Of a stretch of 64,000 nt of DNA, positions 49,412-57,948 are shown piece by piece; the stretch's first letter is position 1, and each line of letters starts with the position of its first letter. The notes below the pieces were generated by a model that was not told the DNA's origin, did no database searches, and was given only the letters and a program-made list of their open reading frames with translations. Position numbers and translations under genes: made by a program. Source of the DNA: Gemmatimonadota bacterium (GTDB lineage: Bacteria > Gemmatimonadota > Gemmatimonadetes > Palauibacterales > Palauibacteraceae); contig JBHIAV010000002.1 of the NCBI GenBank assembly GCA_046758745.1, forward strand, positions 1-64,000. The letters are read 5' to 3'.

Positions 49412-50803
49412 GTGACCGACATCGCCGCCTATCTCGAGACGAACCGGGCACGCTTCGAAAGCGAGCTCGCCGATTTTCTTCGCATCCCGAGCGTCAGCAC
49501 CCTGACGAGTGCGAAGCCGGCCCTCCTCCGGTGCGCCGAGTACGTTGCGGCTCGGATCCGCGACGCCGGTGTCGACAAGGTCGAGGTCGTGCCCACCGAG
49601 GGGAACCCGATCGTCGTGGCGGAACAGATCGTCTCCTCCGACGCCCCGACGCTCCTCGTGTACGGCCACTACGACGTGCAGCCCTCGGATCCCGAGCACC
49701 TGTGGACCGCTCCGCCCTTCGAGCCCGAGGTGCGCGACGGCCGCATGTACGCGCGCGGCGCGATCGACGACAAGGGTCAGGTCCACATGCACATCAAGGC
49801 GCTGGAAGCTCGCCTAAAGAGCGGCGCTGGGCTCCCGGTGAACACGAAGCTCGTGATCGAAGGTGAGGAGGAGATCGGAAGCCGAAACCTCGAGGCGTTT
49901 CTCCACGCGCATTCGGACCGGCTCTCCTGCGACGCGGTGGTGATCAGTGACACGGGAATGCTGGCAGCGGACTGTCCCTCGATCGGCATGGGGCTGCGGG
50001 GCATCGCGTACCTCGAGGTGAGCTTCCGGGGACCCGCGACCGACCTTCACTCCGGGTCGTACGGCGGGGCGGTCGTGAATCCCGCCAATGCCCTCGCCGC
50101 CACGATCGCCCGTCTCAAGGACGAGCGCGGGCGGGTGACGATCCCGGGCTTCTACGACCGAGTGCGACCGATCACGGAGGAGGAAAGGGAGCAGCTGCGC
50201 GCGCTTCCCTTCGACGATGAGCAGTTCCGCACGGAGGTCGGCGCCCCGGCCCTGGGCGGCGAGGCCGGCTACTCGACCCTCGAGCGCCTGTGGTATCGTC
50301 CCACGCTGGACGTGAACGGGATGCTCAGCGGGTGGACAGGCGAGGGATCGAAGACCGTGCTGCCCTCCAAGGCCACGGCGAAGATCTCCATGCGGCTCGT
50401 GCCTGACCAGGATCCCACCGACATCGCGGAGCGGTTCCGGGCGCACATCGAAGCCCTCGCGCCAGCCGGAGTCGAGGTGGAGGTGAAGAGCTCGCACGGA
50501 GGAGAGCCGTGGGCCGCCGATCCGCAGCACCCGATCTTCGACGCCGCCGCGGCCGCCCTGGAGGCTGCCTTCGGGAAGAAGCCGGTCTACATCCGAGAGG
50601 GCGGTTCGATCCCGATCGTCCCGATGTTCGAGCGCACCTTCGACGCACCGGTTCTCCTGCTCGGCTTCGCCCTCCCGGGATGCAACGCGCACGCGCCCGA
50701 CGAGTGGATCGACCTCCGGATGTACGCGCGGGGAATCGAGACGATCGCCCAGCTCTACGACGAGGTGGCCGCCCGCAGGCTCAGGGAGACAGCGCGGGCG
50801 TGA
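49412..50803 (+). CDS. M20 family dipeptidase
   Basis: YGHYDVQP, RGAIDDKG, EGEEE, DLHSG, GGSIP, HAPDE. Confidence 0.93.
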   Translation: MTDIAAYLETNRARFESELADFLRIPSVSTLTSAKPALLRCAEYVAARIRDAGVDKVEVVPTEGNPIVVAEQIVSSDAPTLLVYGHYDVQPSDPEHLWTAPPFEPEVRDGRMYARGAIDDKGQVHMHIKALEARLKSGAGLPVNTKLVIEGEEEIGSRNLEAFLHAHSDRLSCDAVVISDTGMLAADCPSIGMGLRGIAYLEVSFRGPATDLHSGSYGGAVVNPANALAATIARLKDERGRVTIPGFYDRVRPITEEEREQLRALPFDDEQFRTEVGAPALGGEAGYSTLERLWYRPTLDVNGMLSGWTGEGSKTVLPSKATAKISMRLVPDQDPTDIAERFRAHIEALAPAGVEVEVKSSHGGEPWAADPQHPIFDAAAAALEAAFGKKPVYIREGGSIPIVPMFERTFDAPVLLLGFALPGCNAHAPDEWIDLRMYARGIETIAQLYDEVAARRLRETARA

Positions 50804-50909
50804 GCCGCAGGGAGACGGCGCGGGGTGAGCTGGCTCCGGCAGCCGGCGCGGGGGCGAGCCTGCTCGCGGAGGCGGCGCCCGGGAGAACCGGCCTCGATCA
50901 GCGCCCCGC

Positions 50910-51905
50910 TCATTTCGGTCGTCGTAGCAGCTCGACGCGAAGGTCGTAGGCGGCCGTCAGGAAGGGACGGCTCCGGTCTCCGCTCTCGACCCACCCGATC
51001 ACCGCTCCCTGCACAACCTGCTGCGGCGTGAAGCCGGAAGGTGTGGTGCGAATCCCGACAAATCGGCTGCCGGCTTCCAGCGTCCCCACGCCGGCGACGT
51101 CATAGGCGGCGTATCGCAGCCCTGCGGAGTCGCGCCGCGCCAACCAGAGCAGCTCCTCCTCCGGGTCGCTCAGGATAGCCTGCACAGGCAGGTCGGCGTC
51201 CCGTAGCGCCAGGCGCCGGCCCTCTCTCATGGCTGCGACCTCGAAGACGGTGTCCGGCACGTCGGCGGACCAGAGCCACATGCCGGCTCCTGAGGGGGCG
51301 AGCCGAGTCTCTCCCTGAGCTACGTCGAGGGCCCGGATGGGCTGGGGGCCCGTGCGGGGTCCGAGAAGGGTGTCCCGCGTGCTGCCCTGCAGATCCGTCC
51401 TCAGCAGAAGAAGCGTGGGCTGCTCGCCTTCCGAGGCCATCGCGTACACCAGACTGAAGGGACGGCGCGCGAGGGCCATGGTGATCGGCTCGAAACCGAG
51501 GGGAAAGCCGCGGATGTGCTGGCCGGCCGGCGTGTAGTGGTCCACCATACCGGTTGCGCGATCGTACACGAATACGCCGAGATCGGGCGCCACGGCCAGG
51601 CGATACGGGTCCACGAGCTCCACCGGCTCCGCATCCAGGTAGCCGAACATCTCGAAGTCGCCAGCCGGCGTGTTGAGGCGCATCACGACCTTCGTCACCG
51701 CCTCCGCCAACCAGACGACCTCGCGCGTGCTGGCCTTCATGTCGGCTGGATTCATGATGGGAACGGAGGACGGGGGCTGCGTCCACAGGCCGAGAGCCGG
51801 AAGCGCAGCCGTGGGATCATCGATTGACTCGCTGCACGAGAGGACGAGGAAGCCCATCAGGGTCGCCAGGAGGCTCTTGTGTGTCAGTCCTTTTCTCGCG
51901 AGCAT
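50910..51905 (-). CDS. Hypothetical lipoprotein, probable beta-propeller
   Basis: Lipobox-like LSC; NHL-like P..LAV..D..VFVYD segments. Confidence 0.6.
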   Translation of the reverse strand: MLARKGLTHKSLLATLMGFLVLSCSESIDDPTAALPALGLWTQPPSSVPIMNPADMKASTREVVWLAEAVTKVVMRLNTPAGDFEMFGYLDAEPVELVDPYRLAVAPDLGVFVYDRATGMVDHYTPAGQHIRGFPLGFEPITMALARRPFSLVYAMASEGEQPTLLLLRTDLQGSTRDTLLGPRTGPQPIRALDVAQGETRLAPSGAGMWLWSADVPDTVFEVAAMREGRRLALRDADLPVQAILSDPEEELLWLARRDSAGLRYAAYDVAGVGTLEAGSRFVGIRTTPSGFTPQQVVQGAVIGWVESGDRSRPFLTAAYDLRVELLRRPK

Positions 51906-52239
51906 CTTTCTCTCTCGCAGCCGCTGGGCCGCCGCCTCGGGTAGACCCGGGGAACGCGTTCGACCCTTGCTCCCGGCCGCGGGCTTGGCGGGCGCGCCGG
52001 GCCCGTTCCGCTGCTGCCGCGGCCGATGATAGCCCGTTCGGGAGCGGAGTCAATCGGCCGCCCGGCGGTTCACTTCACCGGATGAGAGCCGCGCGGGTGA
52101 GCGGCGGGACCGGCCGCGCTGCGCGGCGGCTGGCCGAGCAGCAAGACTGATGATAGACGGTTGATCGCCCTCCCGGATGGTGAGGGCAGTGGAGAGGGGG
52201 ATGCGGGTCGGGCGGCGAGGCTTCGCACCGGAAACGCTT

Positions 52240-55200
52240 ATGTACCATCTCCAGAGCTTCGGCGGCGTCGCTCTCACCGGTGGAGATGGCTCCAGCATCC
52301 GACTGCGCTCCCGGAAACACCTCGCGCTACTCCTCTTCCTGGTCGCGAACGGACGACGGGTGCACACGCGCCGCGAGCTCGCCTCGCTCCTGTGGGACAC
52401 TCCCCCCGGACGAGCGCGCCATTCGCTCAGCCAAGCGGTCTATGACCTGCGCTGCCGGCTCGACGGGATCATCCTTGGGTTCCCCGGGGAGGAGGTCCAG
52501 CTCGATTCAGGCCGAATCCGCTACGACGTCGACGAGCTTGAGCGAGCGGTCAAGGAGGGCAACCTCGGTCGAGCCGTTGAGTTGTACCGCGGCCCGTTTG
52601 CCACCAACCTCGACACCACCGGTACGGATGACTTCGAGCGGTGGCTCGAGACCGAGCGAGTGCGCCTCCAGCGGCTCGTTCACCTCTCGCTGCGTCGGTA
52701 CGTGAAGGAGTGCGACGCCCACGCCAAGTGGGGGGAGATGTGCGTGGCCGCTCTCAAGCTGGCCGACATGGATCCGCTGGACGAGGAGGCGCACCGTGCC
52801 CTAATGCGGGGCTTGTGGTTACATGGCGATCGCACCTCGGCCCTGCGCCACTACGAGGAGATCTCCGCCTTTCTGACAAGTGAGCTCCCCGGGGGGATCT
52901 CCAGCGAGACGCGGCAACTGGCCGAGCGGATCCGCCACGAGCCGGCCGAGGGGGCGACCATCGCTACGTCTGCCGCCGAGAACCGGCCGCCCCTCGTCGG
53001 CCGTGGGCAGGAATTCGAGTTCCTCAAGGACGCAGTTAGGGAGCTTCGCCGTGGTCGGGCGGGGACAGTGGTCGTGCAAGGTGAACCGGGGATCGGAAAG
53101 AGCAGGTTGATCCAGGAGTTCGTCCGCTCGGCATGCCTTGAGCCGATCCGCGTGCTTGAAAGCCGCTGCTACGCCGCTGAGAAGGACGTGCCGTACGGCC
53201 CGGTGGTCGATGGCCTGCGTCCGATCGCAGAACAGATGGCACGTACTCTCCCGAACGACGGCTGTCAATACACCCGGCTCGGTCACCTCTTCCAAGAGTT
53301 TGCGTCCTTCATGCAGCCGGAGATCGAGCACGGCGTCGATCCGAATGCCTGGCGCCGTCGACTGTACGAGGAGGTGGCCGATTTGGTGCGGAACGCCTCG
53401 GAGTGGGCACCAATCTTGTGGGTAGTGGAGGACATGCACTGGATGGATGCCACCTCCCGATCCTTACTCCACTACCTGTCACGGAGGTTGGCGGAGCGTC
53501 CCTTCATGCTGGTCATGACAGAGCGCGTCGGCAAGACGCATGTCGCTGTTCGTGCGCAACGGCGCAGACCGCCTCGTCCTGGGGAAACGATGGACCTCGT
53601 GCTGCCGCCGCTCACCGATTCCGAGATCGGGCAGCTCGTCGCCGAGGCTCTGCCCGAGGCGAAAGAGCACCCGGCGGTCGAGCTCGCACAGAAGCTGGCA
53701 GGGGGAAACCCGTTCTACGCGCTCGAGGTATTCCGGGCCGCATTCGCGTCGGCGGAGTGGATCGCCGAGGCCGACACCTGGGATCCCCTCACTGACGCAA
53801 GGTTGAGCGATGTCTTCGACATTCGCTTCCGGAACCTTCCGGACGGATCCCTTAGAATCCTGCGAGCCGTGTCCGTACTCGACCGCCACGCTACCCCCCG
53901 GCATGTCGCGGCCTTGGCCTCCCTGTCGCTGCAAGGAGCTGCCGACGTTTCCACCGAGCTGTACGAGCGCGGTCTTCTGGTTGACGGAGATTCCGAACTG
54001 GATTTCGTCAACGACATTGTGCGGGAGTACGTGTACAAGAGAATGAGCTCCATGCAGCGAGCAGCCCTGCACCTCGCTGCCGCGCAACAGCTCGATGGCG
54101 AGCCAGGAATCGGTGCGGCCACATTGGCCAGACATTACCATCTGGGCGACGACAAGCCGAATACCTTCAAGTGTGGGATGCAAGCCGCGACCGAGGCGAG
54201 CTCGTCGGGTGGCCATCTCGAGGCTGCCTCGATGGCCACTCTCGCTCTGGCTGCAGCGGGCGAGCGGGACGAGACCCTCAGGGCTTTGCGAATCCTGGCG
54301 AGCGCCGAGCTCCTATCAGCACAACTGAAATCGGCGCAGGAGCACTACTCTCGGATTCTCGACCTCGACACCGAGATGTCGCTCGAGGCGAGAATCGAGA
54401 CGAAGCTACACATCGTAGAGACGATGGCGGAACTGTCAGAGTGGGACGGAGGGCGGGAGTTGCTGAGCAGTCTCGCGGATGAGATTGAGAACATCCCTGA
54501 ACCTACGGTACAACTTCGAACCCGTGCGGAGACACTTTTCTGGAGCCTCAAGATTGCAATGCGCCAGAACGACTGTGAAGCCGCACGTGCAATTGCCTTG
54601 TCTGCACGTCGGCTCCGGGACACGGCAGTCACTGAGGGAACAGTCACCCCTGTTGCCGATGTCTCAGCGCTTTGCTGTGTAGCAGCCTACACCGCTTTCT
54701 TTGAAAACGCAGAAGATGCGCTTCAGCTCATTCAACTAGCTGAGAGGCGGATTGGGCTGATACCGGACTACTTGATCGAGAGGGTCCGACTCTTCAGTGG
54801 GATGGTCCGGCTACGGATGGCCCTATGGGATGAGGGGGAGCAGGATATCCTGGCGGCGATCGATCTGGCACGTAAACGTAAGGATCTAGTGCAGCTCAGT
54901 ACCCTATGGAACAACTTGGCTTGCTGCGCTCTCGAACAAGGCGACTGGGATCGTTTCGAAAAGACTGCATCTATGGCAGAATCTATTCAAGAGAAACTAC
55001 CAGTCCAGCTGGACGTTACGCTGCCATTGACGATCAATCGAGCTAACTCTCTCTTCTATCAGGGACATCCGCAGGCCGCAGGCAAGCTCTATAAGACCGC
55101 CCTCGATTCTGCGCTTGGCTTAGGATCTCGAGAGTTCGTACCTGAGCTGATGGCCTGCCGAGGACTGACCGCGCTACAGCTTGGCGATCGCGCAACAGCA

Positions 55201-55566
55201 GAAAAGATGTGGAACGGCGTCAAGGACTTGGACGCCGCGAAACTGGCAGGTGTCCAGGAACGGTTCAAGCTTGAATGGTTTCGGGGATATCACCTAAGGA
55301 ACGAAAGCTCCGCAGAGGCAGGTAGTCGGTTCTTCAAGGCTGCAGAAGAACAGGAGTTTCTCGACGTTCCAAGTTACTTGAAGATGCTGTGGCTCGGGTG
55401 CCTCTTGTTTCCGAAGTTGACTCGAGAGAGCCTGCGAGAAGCTGACCTGTTGGAACGTCTGAGGGCGGCGCGAATGTGGTGGTTCTCGAAGTTTGCCAAA
55501 CGTTGGCTCAGAGCAACGGACTACCACGCACGTCGCCTAAGCCGATTCCGCGGAGCGCGAAGCTAG
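52240..55566 (+). CDS. AfsR/SARP-type regulator: wHTH-BTAD-NTPase (STAND)-TPR
   Basis: RELASLLWD..ARHSLSQAVY, BTAD DPLDEEAHRALM, Walker A GEPGIGKS, Walker B VVEDMHW, GGNPFY, helical-repeat C-terminus. ORF may start at 52177. Confidence 0.88.
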   Translation: MYHLQSFGGVALTGGDGSSIRLRSRKHLALLLFLVANGRRVHTRRELASLLWDTPPGRARHSLSQAVYDLRCRLDGIILGFPGEEVQLDSGRIRYDVDELERAVKEGNLGRAVELYRGPFATNLDTTGTDDFERWLETERVRLQRLVHLSLRRYVKECDAHAKWGEMCVAALKLADMDPLDEEAHRALMRGLWLHGDRTSALRHYEEISAFLTSELPGGISSETRQLAERIRHEPAEGATIATSAAENRPPLVGRGQEFEFLKDAVRELRRGRAGTVVVQGEPGIGKSRLIQEFVRSACLEPIRVLESRCYAAEKDVPYGPVVDGLRPIAEQMARTLPNDGCQYTRLGHLFQEFASFMQPEIEHGVDPNAWRRRLYEEVADLVRNASEWAPILWVVEDMHWMDATSRSLLHYLSRRLAERPFMLVMTERVGKTHVAVRAQRRRPPRPGETMDLVLPPLTDSEIGQLVAEALPEAKEHPAVELAQKLAGGNPFYALEVFRAAFASAEWIAEADTWDPLTDARLSDVFDIRFRNLPDGSLRILRAVSVLDRHATPRHVAALASLSLQGAADVSTELYERGLLVDGDSELDFVNDIVREYVYKRMSSMQRAALHLAAAQQLDGEPGIGAATLARHYHLGDDKPNTFKCGMQAATEASSSGGHLEAASMATLALAAAGERDETLRALRILASAELLSAQLKSAQEHYSRILDLDTEMSLEARIETKLHIVETMAELSEWDGGRELLSSLADEIENIPEPTVQLRTRAETLFWSLKIAMRQNDCEAARAIALSARRLRDTAVTEGTVTPVADVSALCCVAAYTAFFENAEDALQLIQLAERRIGLIPDYLIERVRLFSGMVRLRMALWDEGEQDILAAIDLARKRKDLVQLSTLWNNLACCALEQGDWDRFEKTASMAESIQEKLPVQLDVTLPLTINRANSLFYQGHPQAAGKLYKTALDSALGLGSREFVPELMACRGLTALQLGDRATAEKMWNGVKDLDAAKLAGVQERFKLEWFRGYHLRNESSAEAGSRFFKAAEEQEFLDVPSYLKMLWLGCLLFPKLTRESLREADLLERLRAARMWWFSKFAKRWLRATDYHARRLSRFRGARS

Positions 55567-56871
55567 ACCTCGCTTGGCAGCGAGGGACACTGGCTTGCTC
55601 GGGCCCACTAAGTCCTCAAGGATACCCGTCGCGACAACAACCGCCACGACCTTCGGGTCGAACTGCGTCCCACTGTGCTTCTGCAGTTCCTCGCGAACAA
55701 CCGTCACAGGAAGCGCCTCTCGATAGGGCCGTGCTGTGGTCATGGCGTCGATCGTATCGCAAACCATGATTATCCTTGCTCCGAGCGGTATTTCTTCCCT
55801 CGACAGTCCCGCAGGATAACCCTCCCCGTCGAAACGTTCGTGGTGGTGCCTTACACAGCGAAGTACCTCGCGGTGGATACTACGAATCGACTTGATGATG
55901 TCCACTCCCCGATCGGGGTGAGCGCGGATCAAATCTCGCTGTTCGGGCGTCAGAGGTCCTTTCTGTCGAAGGATCTCGCCATAGGCAACGTCGATCTTGC
56001 CGATATCGTGCAAAAGAGCGGCTGTTTCGATGATCTGTGCATATCGCGGCCTGAGTCTCAGCGCTCTGGCGATCCTGCTGGCTGCCTCCGCAACTCGGAT
56101 GGAATGACCCGACGTGTACGGATCCTGTGCTTCGATAGTCTTCACCATCAAGCGAAGCAGGTCTGTGTTCAACTGCTTCAGCTCGAAATTAATGCCATAG
56201 CTGTAGCGCAGGCCGATTAGCGGGATAATGGCCAGCAGCACGGCAATAGGTCCCCAGCGTGTGAAGGAAACGGCGACGAGATAGGCAAGAGGGCTCATGG
56301 CGATGTCAAAGATGATCAGACCGCCCGTAATATTTCTCCAAGCCTCGCGGTACGTGTGCCCTTCTGTAAGCGACACAACGTATGCGACGGTACCCGTGTT
56401 GACGGCGAAATAGGCTAGTACGGCCATGAGAAAGGGGGGAAACGTCTGACGAAAGTCGATGCTTTCCAGACTCTCGACGCCCCCAAACCACCTAAAAACC
56501 AGACTTGCCGCAGAGACAGCGAGGACGAGCTGGGCGGTATTGAACAGCTTCTTATAAAAAATCTTGTCGCGATAAAGAAGGAATTCCGAGAAAACCTCCG
56601 AGATGAGGGTGACTGTTACGGCACCGGAGGGTCCCAGGAGCAGAACGGCGCCCAGTTCAGGTATGAAGTCCATGGACGTGGTTGAGCCACTCTCTGAGAA
56701 CTTCAAGTATAGCATCATGCTGACGATGCTTAGCGCTAGGAGAGTTGCGAAAGCAACCACAAGATTGCTGGAAGAGGGGAGGGGGTAGCGCCAGAAAATA
56801 AAAGCTGCTGAGAACGCTGCCAGCGTCGCGGCGGCGTAGACTACAACGCGCAGGCGAGTGTCGATGGTCAT
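55537..56871 (-). CDS. Membrane-sensor HD-GYP cyclic-dinucleotide phosphodiesterase
   Basis: About 225-aa multi-TM N-terminal domain; DPYTSGHS, HDIGK, HHHERFDGEGYP, DAMTTARPYR. Confidence 0.93.
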   Translation of the reverse strand: MTIDTRLRVVVYAAATLAAFSAAFIFWRYPLPSSSNLVVAFATLLALSIVSMMLYLKFSESGSTTSMDFIPELGAVLLLGPSGAVTVTLISEVFSEFLLYRDKIFYKKLFNTAQLVLAVSAASLVFRWFGGVESLESIDFRQTFPPFLMAVLAYFAVNTGTVAYVVSLTEGHTYREAWRNITGGLIIFDIAMSPLAYLVAVSFTRWGPIAVLLAIIPLIGLRYSYGINFELKQLNTDLLRLMVKTIEAQDPYTSGHSIRVAEAASRIARALRLRPRYAQIIETAALLHDIGKIDVAYGEILRQKGPLTPEQRDLIRAHPDRGVDIIKSIRSIHREVLRCVRHHHERFDGEGYPAGLSREEIPLGARIIMVCDTIDAMTTARPYREALPVTVVREELQKHSGTQFDPKVVAVVVATGILEDLVGPSKPVSLAAKRGLASRSAESA

Positions 56872-56897
56872 CTACTGAGGACCCCCAACCCCTGCTA

Positions 56898-56993
56898 TTA
56901 CCACCTGACCGTTCCACCCCAGCGGACCGTTCCACCCCAGCGGACCGTTCCGCCGAACAACCTGGCAAGCCAGTTGGTGCTGATCAGTAGCAT
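56898..56993 (-). CDS. 31-aa repeat peptide MLLISTNWLARLF(GGTVRW)3, absent from the ORF track
   Basis: AAAGGAGGTG RBS (57001-57010) 7 nt before ATG; tandem stops TAA TAG; repeat differences are synonymous. Confidence 0.85.
   Translation of the reverse strand: MLLISTNWLARLFGGTVRWGGTVRWGGTVRW
56901..56954 (-). repeat. 18-bp tandem repeat x3 (GGY GGA ACG GTC MGS TGG)
   Basis: Units ggcggaacggtccgctgg / ggtggaacggtccgctgg / ggtggaacggtcaggtgg. Confidence 0.95.
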
Positions 56994-57199
56994 CGAAGCT
57001 CACCTCCTTTCGAGTTGAAGACATACCCGTTCGCTACAGGGTATGCTTCGTCTCCGCTCGGAGGTCGCTCCGCTCAGCTCTCGGTGGCGAGCCGCAGAGA
57101 TTGGGGGTTCCTCTGGCTATCGCATCCCGGTCTATAGGTTTATCTGCGGCGCCAAAACGACTAAGCGCGCTGGGCCGCAAGGCTTCCCACAGTCGACCC

Positions 57200-57235
57200 A
57201 AGAAAGAAAAGCAATTGCAGGCCGCAACGCAACTG
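57200..57235 (-). terminator. Probable intrinsic terminator after the 57247-57948 gene
   Basis: CAGUUGCG/UGCAAUUG stem (two G-U pairs) followed by CUUUUCUUUCUU. Confidence 0.5.
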
Positions 57236-57246
57236 GGCGCCGGGGA

Positions 57247-57948
57247 TTACTTGTTCGCTATCCAGCGGTTGGTGGCGTGAAGGCAGGCCAGAACAGCCGC
57301 CTCCTCTGGCGAGTCCTGCACTCTGCCGATCCCGGCCAGGCAGACCGTGGTACGTCTGGCGTGGTCGTGAACGACAACCGCGAGCAGGCGACGTCCCAAA
57401 GCGTCGATCTGACTCACCCCCTCCAAAGAAAGGGAGGTCTTGTCCCCCGTGGCCTTCTGGATCGCCTGCAGAACAGCGTCGCAGGCGACCTCGAGGCGAG
57501 ACTTCGCGTAGTCGGGACCCTCGGCCTCTCCGACGTACTCGGTGTCGCCAGAGCGCAGCTGCACCCGGCAGGAGACCTGCTGACCCGTCTTGCGCTCGAT
57601 GTGGAATCCGTCTAGGAGGAAGCGTCTGGCGCCAGCCTGCGTCTCGGCCTCGGCCTCGGCCTCCGAGACCACGGGGATCTCGGGTCCCTTCAGCCTCGCG
57701 ACAGAGATCTTGCGGTGGTCTATCTGGAGGCCGAACTCCGCGAGGAGGGCCGATTCGATGTTGCGGACGATCTGTTTCGCCGAGAGGTCAGCGACGCTGA
57801 GCACGTGAATCTCATCGATGCCGCCATGCCCATCGGGCACGATCTTCAGGGAGCTCACCCCATCGAGACCCACCAGCAGCTTTTCGATCCGGCGCAAGCC
57901 CCAGGGATCCACGCCCCTTGCCGCCGGCTCTCCGGCCTCTCGGCTCAT
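57247..57948 (-). CDS. Conserved hypothetical protein (EIHVL..KQIVRNIES..IDHRKISVA family)
   Basis: ATGA overlap with the GGDEF gene; protein-like two-domain sequence; function unknown. Confidence 0.8.
   Translation of the reverse strand: MSREAGEPAARGVDPWGLRRIEKLLVGLDGVSSLKIVPDGHGGIDEIHVLSVADLSAKQIVRNIESALLAEFGLQIDHRKISVARLKGPEIPVVSEAEAEAETQAGARRFLLDGFHIERKTGQQVSCRVQLRSGDTEYVGEAEGPDYAKSRLEVACDAVLQAIQKATGDKTSLSLEGVSQIDALGRRLLAVVVHDHARRTTVCLAGIGRVQDSPEEAAVLACLHATNRWIANK

Noticed and set aside
48053-50803. 916-aa ORF as a single protein
   Set aside because: Only the part from GTG 49412 is an M20 peptidase; the upstream part is read-through over two real genes.
56901-56954. Possible mini-CRISPR
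   Set aside because: Repeats are contiguous 18-mers with no spacers; no cas genes in the window.
56657-56968. ORF-track 103-aa ORF with ERSAGV repeats
   Set aside because: Alternative frame of the 18-bp repeat. It has no RBS, overlaps the HD-GYP gene, and the repeat differences are non-synonymous in this frame.
57105-57146. Resemblance to a c-di-GMP-I riboswitch (GAUAAACC..GGGAUGCGAUAGCC)
   Set aside because: No GNRA loop, the expected stem pairing fails and the 3' half is not recognisable; would need an Infernal hit.
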